64,000 nt of DNA from a virus. Taxonomy: Duplodnaviria; Caudoviricetes. This document shows positions 16,787 to 26,367 of this stretch, piece by piece; the first letter of the stretch is position 1; each line of letters begins with the position of its first letter. The position numbers were made by a program, and so were the translations under genes. Below the pieces are notes generated by a model. That model did no database searches, was not told where the DNA came from, and saw nothing but the letters and a program-made list of their open reading frames with translations. The stretch covers positions 1-64,000 of the IMG/VR virus record IMGVR_UViG_3300020577_002484; one strand, given 5' to 3'.

Positions 16787-17214
16787 CAGGGCAGCTTGGC
16801 ACTTCTCCTTGTGTTTTCTAATTTATCTCTGATCTTTGACCAGTGGTTTCCTGTCTCTGTGATGCCCATTTCGTAGGATCTTGTTACCATTCTTGAGGCA
16901 ACCTCTATCAGGGCAGCACGGAAGTTTGTCCAACCGTACTTCTTCACCAACTGATACACCTCTTGAATGAGAGGTGTATCAAGGTTGGACGACATGGTAT
17001 TCAGTTTGGATCTCTCAGACATAGCTGCCATAAACCTTTGGTATTCGGCAGCTACGTTTGGGTCTGATCGAATGTACTTGTTGAACACTGTTTGGTACTG
17101 TACCCCGATTGGAAGATCGAAGAAAGAATCATGTTCTTTGGTGTGGATAAGACTCCACAGTTCGTGGTTTGAAGCCAAGAACTTTGTCATCGTTTCCGCG
17201 TGGTACAATACCAT
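16786..17214 (-). CDS. Hypothetical protein, first gene after a sigma70 promoter
   Basis: AGGA RBS; TGATG coupling to the sigma gene. Confidence 0.7.
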   Translation of the reverse strand: MVLYHAETMTKFLASNHELWSLIHTKEHDSFFDLPIGVQYQTVFNKYIRSDPNVAAEYQRFMAAMSERSKLNTMSSNLDTPLIQEVYQLVKKYGWTNFRAALIEVASRMVTRSYEMGITETGNHWSKIRDKLENTRRSAKLP

Positions 17215-17227
17215 GATTCATCCTAGA

Positions 17228-17267
17228 GGTACGATTACCAAATGTGGTACTGGCCGCCGTACCATTT
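17228..17267 (-). promoter_or_regulatory. Conserved 40-bp double-palindrome element, copy A
   Basis: 31/40 identity to 31265-31304; TGGTAC-N8-GTACCA plus TGGTA-N4-TACC. Confidence 0.8.
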
Positions 17268-17315
17268 CCAAGAATCCAGTACCATGCGGCCCGAACGAAC
17301 CAAAATCCCTCCTCC

Positions 17316-17344
17316 ATTATATCGACCTCTCGCACGGCATGCAA
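17316..17344 (-). promoter_or_regulatory. Sigma70-type promoter
   Basis: TTGCAT-N17-TATAAT on the minus strand with an upstream T-rich UP-like tract. Confidence 0.75.
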
Positions 17345-17434
17345 GCTAAGAAAACGGAAAAAATTCAGAAAGTTAAGAAAGTTTTGAAAGATACGCACAA
17401 GGTAAACAAAAATGGTACCGATACCAGTACCACT

Positions 17435-17866
17435 TTACAAGAGCACCACTTGTACTACTTTCAGATCATTGGGTGTTCTTTCTCGACGGGAAGGGTCGTA
17501 TACCTTTTGTCCGTCCCAAGCCACAGCGTGAGTGGGTTCAATGATAACACACTTGCCGTGGGACATGTACTTTTTCACCCGATCATCATTGTTGTAAACG
17601 TCATGATGTGTACTTTTGTCTGGGGTCCAAAGACGCACTTTCGCAGGGACCATCATGGCTTTGATACCAAAGCTGAACCAGCAGAAGTCGAACATTTCAG
17701 AGGTGTGAAACCCTCTTCTATTCATTGGTTCGTGCAAGTCTGGAAACCAAATCTCTGAGCCATCATGCATCAGATAATCCGTGATCTTCTTCACATCAAT
17801 GTCAAGAGCAATAGCGAAAGCTGTAGGCAAACAACTCCACATATTGGGTTGAGTCTGCATTTTCAT
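17435..17866 (-). CDS. Papain-like (C39-like) peptidase
   Basis: QTQPNMWSCLPTAFA (Q...C) and THAVAWDG (H...D). Confidence 0.65.
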   Translation of the reverse strand: MKMQTQPNMWSCLPTAFAIALDIDVKKITDYLMHDGSEIWFPDLHEPMNRRGFHTSEMFDFCWFSFGIKAMMVPAKVRLWTPDKSTHHDVYNNDDRVKKYMSHGKCVIIEPTHAVAWDGQKVYDPSRRERTPNDLKVVQVVLL

Positions 17867-17868
17867 AT

Positions 17869-18081
17869 TTATAGTTCCAGTAGTTCGTGGAAAGGGTTTA
17901 CCTGAAGCTCCCAACACTTGATAAAGAAGGAGATTGGTAAATCATCATCTCTATATGGACTGGCTTCAACGTATGAACAAACGAAGCAATAACCAGGTGA
18001 ACACTTAACTGAGCCAACACCTACATCAACGTATTCTCCATCCTCAAAGGTATCGTTACCACAGACGGGGCATGTTAGCAT
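17869..18081 (-). CDS. Zn-ribbon protein
   Basis: CPVCG...CFVC; start set at MLTC. Confidence 0.6.
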   Translation of the reverse strand: MLTCPVCGNDTFEDGEYVDVGVGSVKCSPGYCFVCSYVEASPYRDDDLPISFFIKCWELQVNPFHELLEL

Positions 18082-18130
18082 GGTAAAAGAAAAAAGGGTG
18101 AATGAGATTACTCCCATCCACCCTTTATAG

Positions 18131-18652
18131 TTACTCCTGTACAGTGGTGGCTTTGGCCTCTTCGAGACACTCAGGAGTGATCTCGATACAGGTGTCAGCC
18201 ACAGCACGCAGTTCGCGAGGAATGCCACAAGACACGATAGTACACTTTTTACCGCGTGCTTTGACGTACTCAACGATCGGAGCAAGTTCAGGATCGGACG
18301 AGCAAATAGCAACAATGTCCAGCTTGTCAATCATATTGACAACATCCAGAGCAATGCTAACATTCCAATTCGTCTTAATAAGACGAACTACTCCATCCCC
18401 TCCTTGTCTTGATCTCGGTTGTTTGTACTTAGGCTCAAAGCCAATCTTCTTCAGACAAGTTATGAACTTGGTTGCTTCATCCTTGGCCTGAACACCATAA
18501 GCCACAGCACGGTAAATGGTATCACTACCTACAACTAACTCTCGCAACTGCCCATAGTCCAACTTCCTGTCAGGGAATTTCTTCCCCACACAGTAGAACA
18601 GACTACTAACATCAGCAAAGATACCGACAGTTTTCATACTCAGATTTGACAT
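18131..18652 (-). CDS. NYN-domain (LabA/DUF88, PIN-fold) protein
   Basis: IFADVSS, IALDVV, SSDPELAPIVEYVKARG, LRAVAD. Confidence 0.85.
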   Translation of the reverse strand: MSNLSMKTVGIFADVSSLFYCVGKKFPDRKLDYGQLRELVVGSDTIYRAVAYGVQAKDEATKFITCLKKIGFEPKYKQPRSRQGGDGVVRLIKTNWNVSIALDVVNMIDKLDIVAICSSDPELAPIVEYVKARGKKCTIVSCGIPRELRAVADTCIEITPECLEEAKATTVQE

Positions 18653-18677
18653 CTTTTCTGTCTTTCAACAATAAAGC

Positions 18678-21600
18678 CTACCCTACGTTAATCTGACACT
18701 GTGGTCCATCACAGTAGAGTTCAGCTTCCGGGTTTGAATTTGTTAGTTCACTCCAGTCGATAGGTTGTATCTGTTTGATACGGTGGTTATATTCTTCTTC
18801 TGTGATACCCTCTTCAGGCATTTGCTGGTAAACACCAGCAGCCGTATGAGGCAACAAAGAAACAGACTTGGTGAGAGGGGCAATTGAAGACAACACATTC
18901 TCAATGTCATCTTCCTCGTGTTTGATATTGTAGGTATACAACTTGACATCGACAGGGGTTCGAGTCTCGTTACGAGTTACCTTAATCTTGTGAAAAGAGT
19001 TCTCACTCTCATGCTCGATCTCATCGAAATCGAATCCATAGTCGTGAGCAATCTTTTTCGCAGATTGGAGGGTATCAGCAGTAAAAAGGTGTTTTACCAA
19101 TACCCACTTAGGCTTGAAGTATAAAGTGTTTGATACGGCGTTATCCGCCCACTCTCTCTGAAGAACAATGATGTTATTTGATTGTTCCCAAACAGTAACT
19201 TCCTCCGCTGGCTTGGCTGGGCCTTGGATGATTGGGAACTCGAAAACATAAGTTCTCGTCGGATCAGTAACATCAGGTTCATGCGGAACTCCAGCCTTCA
19301 CCAACAGTTTGAAGATAGGCTGGAACGTGGCGACTCTGACTCTGCGAACCGTCCACTTGAACGTAGGATAACCAGCACCTGAAGTCTTGCCAGCCAGTTT
19401 TGGTGTAGTACCACCTGGCTTGCAAGTTGTCTTACGAATAGCCTCAGGAACTCCGGCCTCTCCATTGGCCCAACGGTTCGTGTCACAAACAACCTCGTAA
19501 CCTTTACGCAACAATGCAACAACCTTGTTCAACTCCGAGTTGTGTTTCCAACCTGTGAAGTCGACCAAGGACACGCCGATTCGGCGATTCTTGGCGACAA
19601 CCTTGTTTGTAGACTTCCTGTGCGTCGGTAGCAGCGACACTGTTGAGCAGTAGAAGGTAGCATACTCACAAGCTTTGAGCCACTGTGCATCATTGTTGCA
19701 ACGTGTGGGCAAAGTTTCAGCCAGATTACACACTTCACGATGCTCAAGTGGTATTTCACCACAGTTAGAAACATTGCATCCTTGGGCCCAGAAAGTATGA
19801 CTCGGACCATTGACAGTAATGTCCCAAGTCTCTTCCTCGCCAAGATACTCCTCAGACAAAATCTCATAAGTCAATTTTGACTTGTTGTTTTTACCAGTAC
19901 CATTTACAATTTTCTTGAGCTTTTCAGTTTTGTAGTTCTGAATGAACCCAATGTATTTGTAGAACACATCTCTGTCTGTAGAGATTTGAAGATTCCAAGA
20001 GTCTCGGCAAAGATAGGTACCATTACCAAACTCAATAATCTTACCTTCTTCCTTGGTATAGTATGATCTGATCCCTAAGGCGGACAGCATCATCTGAGCA
20101 GCTTCAATCACTTTGAATGATGAAGCCTTCAGACATACTCTACCACGAATCACTGAACCATTGGCAGAATACAAACCACGAAGGAACCCAGCCATCTTGG
20201 ATGGGTTACAAAGGTAGAACCTTCCATCAATAGTCCGTTCATAGGTAAGCGGCAGCCTATGGATAGTAGTCTTAACCTTGTGACAGTAGTCCTTCGAGTA
20301 GGATTCACCAATCAGGTGTGCCACCTCACTTAAGAAGTAGTCATGGTCATTGGCACCAATGTTTAGGCAGACATGGTTATTCTCTTGAGATCCATCCCCA
20401 ACCACAAGACCGTCCATAATATCTTGAGGGTCAAGCTGATCGGTAGCAATACCGGCTGGGCCTTCCAGAACATCAATTCCAAAGGCATCCTTAACTTCAA
20501 CCTTCATACCTTCACAAACTACTCTATGGTTAGCTGTCCCATAGAATACATTTGCGTTGGTCCTATAGGCAAAGACAGGGTTGACACCTGTTGACCACTT
20601 TTTCTCAATAGTAACCCATCCATCTTCTGACCAAATCTTGGAGCCAACGTCAACCTGATCAAAGGTAGTAATACCATTTGGAGTTAGTACCTTTGATGAC
20701 GCTCTTAGGCAAGGGTTCATACCAGTGGCATAGTCCTTCCTTGCATATTCTGTCTTACCAATGCGTCCCAAAGGGAGGTTCATCGAATTGATAAAGCCGG
20801 GTTCACCATTCTTAATCACTCTACGAGCGATCTCACCCAACTGTTGAAAATCCTCAGGTTCTTCAAGCTTGACAGAATTGTTACTCATGTAACCAACTTC
20901 TGCACGGTGTGGGAACGTCGTGTAATCCTTGAGATTCATAAAGGTCTCATCATAGATGCTACCACTAAGGATCTCAGCACTACGTCTTACGTTCCCAGAT
21001 ACCACGCAACAGCCTGTGGCATTCATAATGTCAGACTTGAGCAAGATGGTATCATAGTATGGATCTTCCAGATACATACGCATGTACTTGTCAATCCTAT
21101 TATGAAGTTCAATCAAGGGTCCGGGACCAGAAGCGACCCCGCCAAATCCTTTGATAGGTTCACCCTCAGGTCTGATCTCATCATAGATGAATCGTGGTCG
21201 TGAGCAACCCTTGGTAAGATAAGACTCAATAAGAGACTTAGTAGAGTCGCACCACCCTTCGCGAGAGTCTTCGACGACAAAGTCTCGTCCATTGCTCTTT
21301 GGTGAGAATACCTCAAGACCGGATCTGAGTGGTTGGGCACCAACTCCAACTCCATTCATTAAGCAGTCCATGGCCCAATGGATGTCGTCACCAATCACAT
21401 CAGTGAGATTGGTGAAAGCACAATTGTACAGAGCCATCGCACCACGTTGATAAACGAACTCTGTTCCCATAGCCCACAGTCCACGTCCCGGCGGGAGCCA
21501 ATACATATTGAACATGGAAATGGCAAAACCCAAAGCATAATGCTGCCACTGAAAGTCATCCCAGAACAGATGATTCTTGATGTAATGGTCCTTACGGATG

Positions 21601-21788
21601 GACATTACACCTTCAGTAACACGAATTACACAATCAGCCCACGACTCCATCTTACCATTTAGCATCATCCTTGAATAGTGTTTATAGAAGATAAATTCGC
21701 TGAACTGACCATACCCGAAGTTCGCGGACATGGAACGAATTGTATCTTTAGTTTGTTCTGCAAGCACAAACCTCTGCGTTACATACAT
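18678..21788 (-). CDS. nrdJ: Class II (B12-dependent, RTPR-type) ribonucleotide reductase containing an intein
   Basis: PPGRGLW, LYNCAF, GNVRRSAE, NP/CGEIPL, KPGGT. Confidence 0.92.
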   Translation of the reverse strand: MYVTQRFVLAEQTKDTIRSMSANFGYGQFSEFIFYKHYSRMMLNGKMESWADCVIRVTEGVMSIRKDHYIKNHLFWDDFQWQHYALGFAISMFNMYWLPPGRGLWAMGTEFVYQRGAMALYNCAFTNLTDVIGDDIHWAMDCLMNGVGVGAQPLRSGLEVFSPKSNGRDFVVEDSREGWCDSTKSLIESYLTKGCSRPRFIYDEIRPEGEPIKGFGGVASGPGPLIELHNRIDKYMRMYLEDPYYDTILLKSDIMNATGCCVVSGNVRRSAEILSGSIYDETFMNLKDYTTFPHRAEVGYMSNNSVKLEEPEDFQQLGEIARRVIKNGEPGFINSMNLPLGRIGKTEYARKDYATGMNPCLRASSKVLTPNGITTFDQVDVGSKIWSEDGWVTIEKKWSTGVNPVFAYRTNANVFYGTANHRVVCEGMKVEVKDAFGIDVLEGPAGIATDQLDPQDIMDGLVVGDGSQENNHVCLNIGANDHDYFLSEVAHLIGESYSKDYCHKVKTTIHRLPLTYERTIDGRFYLCNPSKMAGFLRGLYSANGSVIRGRVCLKASSFKVIEAAQMMLSALGIRSYYTKEEGKIIEFGNGTYLCRDSWNLQISTDRDVFYKYIGFIQNYKTEKLKKIVNGTGKNNKSKLTYEILSEEYLGEEETWDITVNGPSHTFWAQGCNVSNCGEIPLEHREVCNLAETLPTRCNNDAQWLKACEYATFYCSTVSLLPTHRKSTNKVVAKNRRIGVSLVDFTGWKHNSELNKVVALLRKGYEVVCDTNRWANGEAGVPEAIRKTTCKPGGTTPKLAGKTSGAGYPTFKWTVRRVRVATFQPIFKLLVKAGVPHEPDVTDPTRTYVFEFPIIQGPAKPAEEVTVWEQSNNIIVLQREWADNAVSNTLYFKPKWVLVKHLFTADTLQSAKKIAHDYGFDFDEIEHESENSFHKIKVTRNETRTPVDVKLYTYNIKHEEDDIENVLSSIAPLTKSVSLLPHTAAGVYQQMPEEGITEEEYNHRIKQIQPIDWSELTNSNPEAELYCDGPQCQINVG
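19764..20711 (-). mobile_element. Intein (316 aa) with LAGLIDADG homing endonuclease
   Basis: CLRASSKVLT...TWDITV..PSHTFWAQGCNVSN/C; DGLVVGDGS and GFLRGLYSANG blocks. Confidence 0.92.
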
Positions 21789-21797
21789 GGGCTATTC

Positions 21798-22175
21798 TCA
21801 CTTCATTCTTAATTGTTGTTTCAGGAAATACTCCCTCCAGTTGTGAGGTTTCCTAAGTTTGTCTATCTCAGAATCAGAAGCACCAACCAAGATCCATATG
21901 GCTGCACCGTGTGCTTCAAAGATTGGAAACCACTCACATTGGGCAGGGGTAAAGACATGCTTCTCAGGATGTTTTACCTCTACCCACCTTTCACCGTATG
22001 TCTTGTGCCGACAGTACAAGTCAGGGAAGCCAGCTTGGAACATGCTACCATGAGTAGGTTTCACCAACCATTCTCGGTACCTTAGTTCCCTTATAATGGC
22101 TTCCTGAATATCAGCTTCTGACTCTTTGTGCTTTTTTAGTGACCCCATTGGCTCCATTGACGGTCTCCATAGCAA
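21798..22175 (-). CDS. VRR-NUC-family nuclease / resolvase
   Basis: EADIQEAI, GFPDL, WVEVK, TPAQCEW. Confidence 0.85.
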   Translation of the reverse strand: MLWRPSMEPMGSLKKHKESEADIQEAIIRELRYREWLVKPTHGSMFQAGFPDLYCRHKTYGERWVEVKHPEKHVFTPAQCEWFPIFEAHGAAIWILVGASDSEIDKLRKPHNWREYFLKQQLRMK

Positions 22176-22380
22176 GTGACAAAGTGATCATTTGAACGAC
22201 GTTGTGCAAGGACTCAACTTTCTTCGTTTGCTTGTACTCGTTGAGGTACTCCTCAGCACGGATCAAACAATACTCTGGGCTACTGTTGGCAATGGCTGTT
22301 CTGAACAGGATAGCGGTCGGGTCGAAAATGAATTGACGAATGATTTCTTTGATGAGGGTTTTGGTAACACGTTGTTTCAT
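22111..22380 (-). CDS. Hypothetical protein
   Basis: ORF in operon. Confidence 0.6.
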   Translation of the reverse strand: MKQRVTKTLIKEIIRQFIFDPTAILFRTAIANSSPEYCLIRAEEYLNEYKQTKKVESLHNVVQMITLSLAMETVNGANGVTKKAQRVRS

Positions 22381-22389
22381 GGTTTTCTT

Positions 22390-22710
22390 TCACATTTTCA
22401 TAATTTTGAGGAAGTCACGTTTCAACTCTTCAAGGTGCCCCTTGATGAGATTCTGTTCTTGCAGTCCAGTAATCTCATGAAGAAGGTACATCTGCCAAAC
22501 TGATGAGGTCAGTCCCGGAAGTGTCCAGACTTGGTTCGCTTGGGTCCAAGGACCATCATAAAGGTACTTTACCGCAAGCTCGATCAAATCTTTGTTTTGC
22601 CTCGGTACTATACCATCCAACACATCTTTCAATCTCTCAATGAAGATTGAGTCTACGCCCGAGTAGAGTAGAATCTCAACCATGTTGTCTAGCATCTCAG
22701 CAAAAGACAA
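22390..22710 (-). CDS. Hypothetical protein
   Basis: ORF in operon. Confidence 0.6.
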   Translation of the reverse strand: MSFAEMLDNMVEILLYSGVDSIFIERLKDVLDGIVPRQNKDLIELAVKYLYDGPWTQANQVWTLPGLTSSVWQMYLLHEITGLQEQNLIKGHLEELKRDFLKIMKM

Positions 22711-22714
22711 TTCT

Positions 22715-22954
22715 TCACTCGTCTTGATCTGATTCAGTTTGGTCCTCTATTCTTACATTTTCTTGATCTTGAAGAAGTCTCAAAGCCTTATTGTACGAGG
22801 CAACGAACTCGCAGCATTCTCTGTACACAATATACTCACACTCCGATAAGGTCTTACCCTCAGCACGCATATAAGACATACGCATGATGATATTGTAAGC
22901 CATAACGTAGGATTCGCTTATTTGGACGCCCAACTTTTCATCCCCATCTTCCAC
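22715..22954 (-). CDS. Hypothetical protein
   Basis: ORF in operon. Confidence 0.55.
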   Translation of the reverse strand: MEDGDEKLGVQISESYVMAYNIIMRMSYMRAEGKTLSECEYIVYRECCEFVASYNKALRLLQDQENVRIEDQTESDQDE

Positions 22955-25215
22955 TCCATCCCAATGAGAGGGATTAGAGGTCTGAATGACTCTACTGTGT
23001 CACTCACGATCTTCTTTACTTGAAGTTCATAACCCCATTTTACTGGGCACAAGATTTCGTCATGAATGTTCATGGGCATGACAATCCATTCATTGATACC
23101 AGAAGGTTGAATCTGCCAAATCTTCTCTTGCACAATCTTAGTGATCCCTGCACCAGTACCTTGAATCTCATGGTTGGTAGCTGATCTCACATTAGACTGT
23201 TGCAAGGCGAAAGCTGCACCAAACAAAGCTGACCGTGCTGCACCTTGTTCGGTCTGTTGACTTCCATCCCTGCGTCTGTTGACCTTTGCTTTGAAGGTCA
23301 ACCAAGACTTGGGAGGGTCGTTACCCAGATCAAACAAAGCCTTGCAAATCATGTTTTCTAGGGTATAGTACCTTTTGAAGCCAAGCAAGGTTGGCATGAA
23401 CTCAGCAGGCTCTTTCCAGATGATCCTGCTACCTATACCACCCACCTGTCTCATGGACTGGAACATATTGGTAACACGAATCTGGGCACGAGCCACACCC
23501 TCATAGGTCTTGGCCCAATTCTCCATCGTGTTATCAGCCATCTCTTGACTGAGACCAATATTGTTTACAAGAGAGTGGGCAGTACCACCATACAAAGAAC
23601 TGAACAGTCCAGACTTACCCTTTTTGTATTTGTCATTCTCAGTATGCTGAGAAAGCAAGATACTATCGTAGGTCTCTTCGGGAAACATGGCCTGTGCGAA
23701 CAGAGCATGGATCTTTTTACCAGACTTAAGTTCCTCTGTGAGCTTAGGATCATCGTAAATTGAAACTGCAATACCAACCTCAAACGAATCGAAGTCACCT
23801 CCACAAAGACTCATGCCCGGCCAATTTAGGTAAAAGCATTCTCGAACTTCTTTGGTAGCTTTGATACCTTGAGGGTTCAGTCCGTCGGCCCCAGCCATAC
23901 GACCAGACAGGGCACCAATGATTTTGAATGAAGCGTGAAACCGTTCAGCTTGGAGAAGTTTGTCAAACAGTTCACGTTCTTTTCCAGCGGTCCGTGCAGC
24001 AGTAACAGCCTTTGCACGTTTAGTGATCTCATTGTCAATGGTACCGGTACCACCACAAGTCTTGCACTCCTTATCAGGTTCCCCTGACACTAAGGTGCAA
24101 TCACATTCATCACCCCAAGTGGCCATCTCTTCCATAGTTACCTTATCGGTGCTATTCTCGGTGACAGCTACTTGTTCTGGAGTCAACAGGGGGAAGATCC
24201 ATCTCTTCACATAGTGATGGTCCGTTGGGGCGGACTTTTCCTTCTGCTCGGCAATCTGTCTCTGCTTTTCTATCTTAGTGGTATCAACCCTGAAACCACG
24301 CCAACGTATTGCAGCGACAGCACAAGCAAGATTACTGTCCACATCTCCCACCTCAGGTCGTCCGAAATAGTCGTAAAGACGCCGGGTATAATCCACATCT
24401 TTTCTGGCGTACGTTCTCGCAAGTTCATTATACTCCCAATGGTCTATGTGTAACTTGATCATTTGGGGCCATGTCCCCTGCCAGTTTTTCTTACTAGCGA
24501 AAGGAATGGCCTTGGCATAAGGAGCGTGTCCTACCTCTTTAGGTAGGAACTTCCTGTCCACCTCAATGTCAGAGAAACGAAGAATATCATCTTCCTTCTC
24601 ACCCAAAGCATCTATGGCTAAGACCTTCAAAGCTGTTGAAGGCTTGAACTTCAGGACGACATCTTTGAAGTCTGGATTAACGTGTCCATCACCATCGGTG
24701 ACATCATATACTTGCCACCGTTTGTTGGTATCACCACCACGAGCGAAGTAAATGTCTTTGAGCGGTATACGTGCTTCAAGTTCATCGGCAAGCTGGAAGG
24801 CAATGGCTGTAGGAACCCTCTTGATACGAATATCATGACGGTCCATGCACGATTGGTATGGGCCTTTGCGAGCTTCAAGGAACAAGTCGCACGCTTTGAC
24901 CGGCTTAAGGCATAATCCATCTCTGGCATAAGGTTCAAGCTCACCAAGTTCATCAATCAGATCAACAGGGTAAGCGTCCCAATCATCAATGAGTGAGAAG
25001 ACAGTATAGGCTTTGCATAGTTGGAAATGGTCGAATGCAAGGTTGAACCCGACCACCCCTGTCTCATGCTCCATGAACATCTTGATTAGGCGAAGGTTAT
25101 CTCCAATGGTATTGTACCAGAAGTTATGAAGATAAATATCACCATCATTTACTGCATATTGCAGTAAGACTGGCATTCCGTGCAGGCCGCAAGTTTCTGT
25201 ATCATAGAAGATCAT
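22918..25215 (-). CDS. polA: Family A DNA polymerase with 3'-5' exonuclease domain
   Basis: YDTETCG, FNLAFD, SGRM, DFDSFE, KSGLFSSLYG, NHEIQGTGA, IHDEI. Confidence 0.92.
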   Translation of the reverse strand: MIFYDTETCGLHGMPVLLQYAVNDGDIYLHNFWYNTIGDNLRLIKMFMEHETGVVGFNLAFDHFQLCKAYTVFSLIDDWDAYPVDLIDELGELEPYARDGLCLKPVKACDLFLEARKGPYQSCMDRHDIRIKRVPTAIAFQLADELEARIPLKDIYFARGGDTNKRWQVYDVTDGDGHVNPDFKDVVLKFKPSTALKVLAIDALGEKEDDILRFSDIEVDRKFLPKEVGHAPYAKAIPFASKKNWQGTWPQMIKLHIDHWEYNELARTYARKDVDYTRRLYDYFGRPEVGDVDSNLACAVAAIRWRGFRVDTTKIEKQRQIAEQKEKSAPTDHHYVKRWIFPLLTPEQVAVTENSTDKVTMEEMATWGDECDCTLVSGEPDKECKTCGGTGTIDNEITKRAKAVTAARTAGKERELFDKLLQAERFHASFKIIGALSGRMAGADGLNPQGIKATKEVRECFYLNWPGMSLCGGDFDSFEVGIAVSIYDDPKLTEELKSGKKIHALFAQAMFPEETYDSILLSQHTENDKYKKGKSGLFSSLYGGTAHSLVNNIGLSQEMADNTMENWAKTYEGVARAQIRVTNMFQSMRQVGGIGSRIIWKEPAEFMPTLLGFKRYYTLENMICKALFDLGNDPPKSWLTFKAKVNRRRDGSQQTEQGAARSALFGAAFALQQSNVRSATNHEIQGTGAGITKIVQEKIWQIQPSGINEWIVMPMNIHDEILCPVKWGYELQVKKIVSDTVESFRPLIPLIGMEWKMGMKSWASK

Positions 25216-25223
25216 AGGTTGCC

Positions 25224-25424
25224 TTAGTTATTGCTTGGGTTGATCCCGCCACGCTTCCACGCCTCACCATCGTCTTCATCCTTAGGAGGGGTGTAAGTGA
25301 AATCATCAGAAGGTAGTTTCTTAACTACACCGTGTACTATCACCGTTGCACAGACTGTTGCAACACTGAAGCACACAGTAGCAAGGAAAGCTAATGTCAT
25401 AACAAGATCATTCAGATTGTTCAT
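25224..25424 (-). CDS. Small single-TM membrane protein
   Basis: Start set at MNNLND; hydrophobic helix. Confidence 0.55.
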   Translation of the reverse strand: MNNLNDLVMTLAFLATVCFSVATVCATVIVHGVVKKLPSDDFTYTPPKDEDDGEAWKRGGINPSNN

Positions 25425-26367
25425 CGCTTGTGAGTTCCTTGAGTCTGATGGCACGATCGCGGATTTCCTGCGGCATCTTCCACTCTCTACCGAACCCCTC
25501 TGCGTAGGATTCGATCTCCTCAAGAAGTTCAAACGTGTTCACATGACCGGCCACCCAACCAAGGACTCTAGCTTCCAAGCAAGGTCCAACAGCCTCCATG
25601 ATCATGTCTTGAATGGAATAAATCTCATTCAATGATCGTATCTTGTTAGAGAGTGGGTTAGACACCTTAGCTTCAGAAATCTTCTTGGCCTTACGGTTGA
25701 TGGTAGACTCACCGCGAGCTTTCGATTCCTTCAAACAACGGTAGGTTGCGTAAAGGTCTTCTTTGACCCCAACAAGAGGGAGCAGGGTTTTGGCTTGCTC
25801 AAAGGTGATCGTACCAATTGACAACTCATCCTGAATGTCTTGTGGCAACTGAAGAATGTCGATTCTGTCCTTGACCCAAGAGCCAGAGAAACCTACCATC
25901 TTACCGATGGAAACGTAGTCCATTCCAAGAACTCTAAACCTTTTCATGAACTCGGCAATCTTGATCAGACTAATATCCTTACGGTGGATATTCTCTGCCA
26001 AGTTGTGACGCATGGCATCAAGTTCTGAAAGTCCAGTTCTGATGGATGCACGAATAGTGGGGAGGCCGAGGTGCTTGCAGGCTGTATATCGTCTGTGGCC
26101 CACAACGATCTTATATTTGTACTTACCGTTCGGGTCATTGAACGGCTGGACAAGGATGGCTTGCAACAGGCCATCCCTCTTAATCTCTGCCATCAGATCC
26201 ATCACATCAAACTTGGTAATGTCACCACGACAATTGAAACTCCCGTCGCAGAAGATTTCTGCAATAGGGAGTTCCTGTTCAGTAATGTGGTCACCATTAT
26301 TGAATGTGACAGGTTCAAGCTCCCGCTTGAACTCATCAGATACTTCTTGTTGAGTGTACTCAGACAT
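25408..26367 (-). CDS. ParB/Srx-like protein 1 (ParB N-domain plus HTH)
   Basis: GLLQAILV, IVVGHRRYTAC, ENIHRKD, YVSIGKMVGFSGSWV. Confidence 0.85.
   Translation of the reverse strand: MSEYTQQEVSDEFKRELEPVTFNNGDHITEQELPIAEIFCDGSFNCRGDITKFDVMDLMAEIKRDGLLQAILVQPFNDPNGKYKYKIVVGHRRYTACKHLGLPTIRASIRTGLSELDAMRHNLAENIHRKDISLIKIAEFMKRFRVLGMDYVSIGKMVGFSGSWVKDRIDILQLPQDIQDELSIGTITFEQAKTLLPLVGVKEDLYATYRCLKESKARGESTINRKAKKISEAKVSNPLSNKIRSLNEIYSIQDMIMEAVGPCLEARVLGWVAGHVNTFELLEEIESYAEGFGREWKMPQEIRDRAIRLKELTSDEQSE

Noticed and set aside
16967-17758. 263-aa plus-strand ORF across the promoter region
   Set aside because: Overlaps two minus-strand genes and the regulatory region; no recognisable domain
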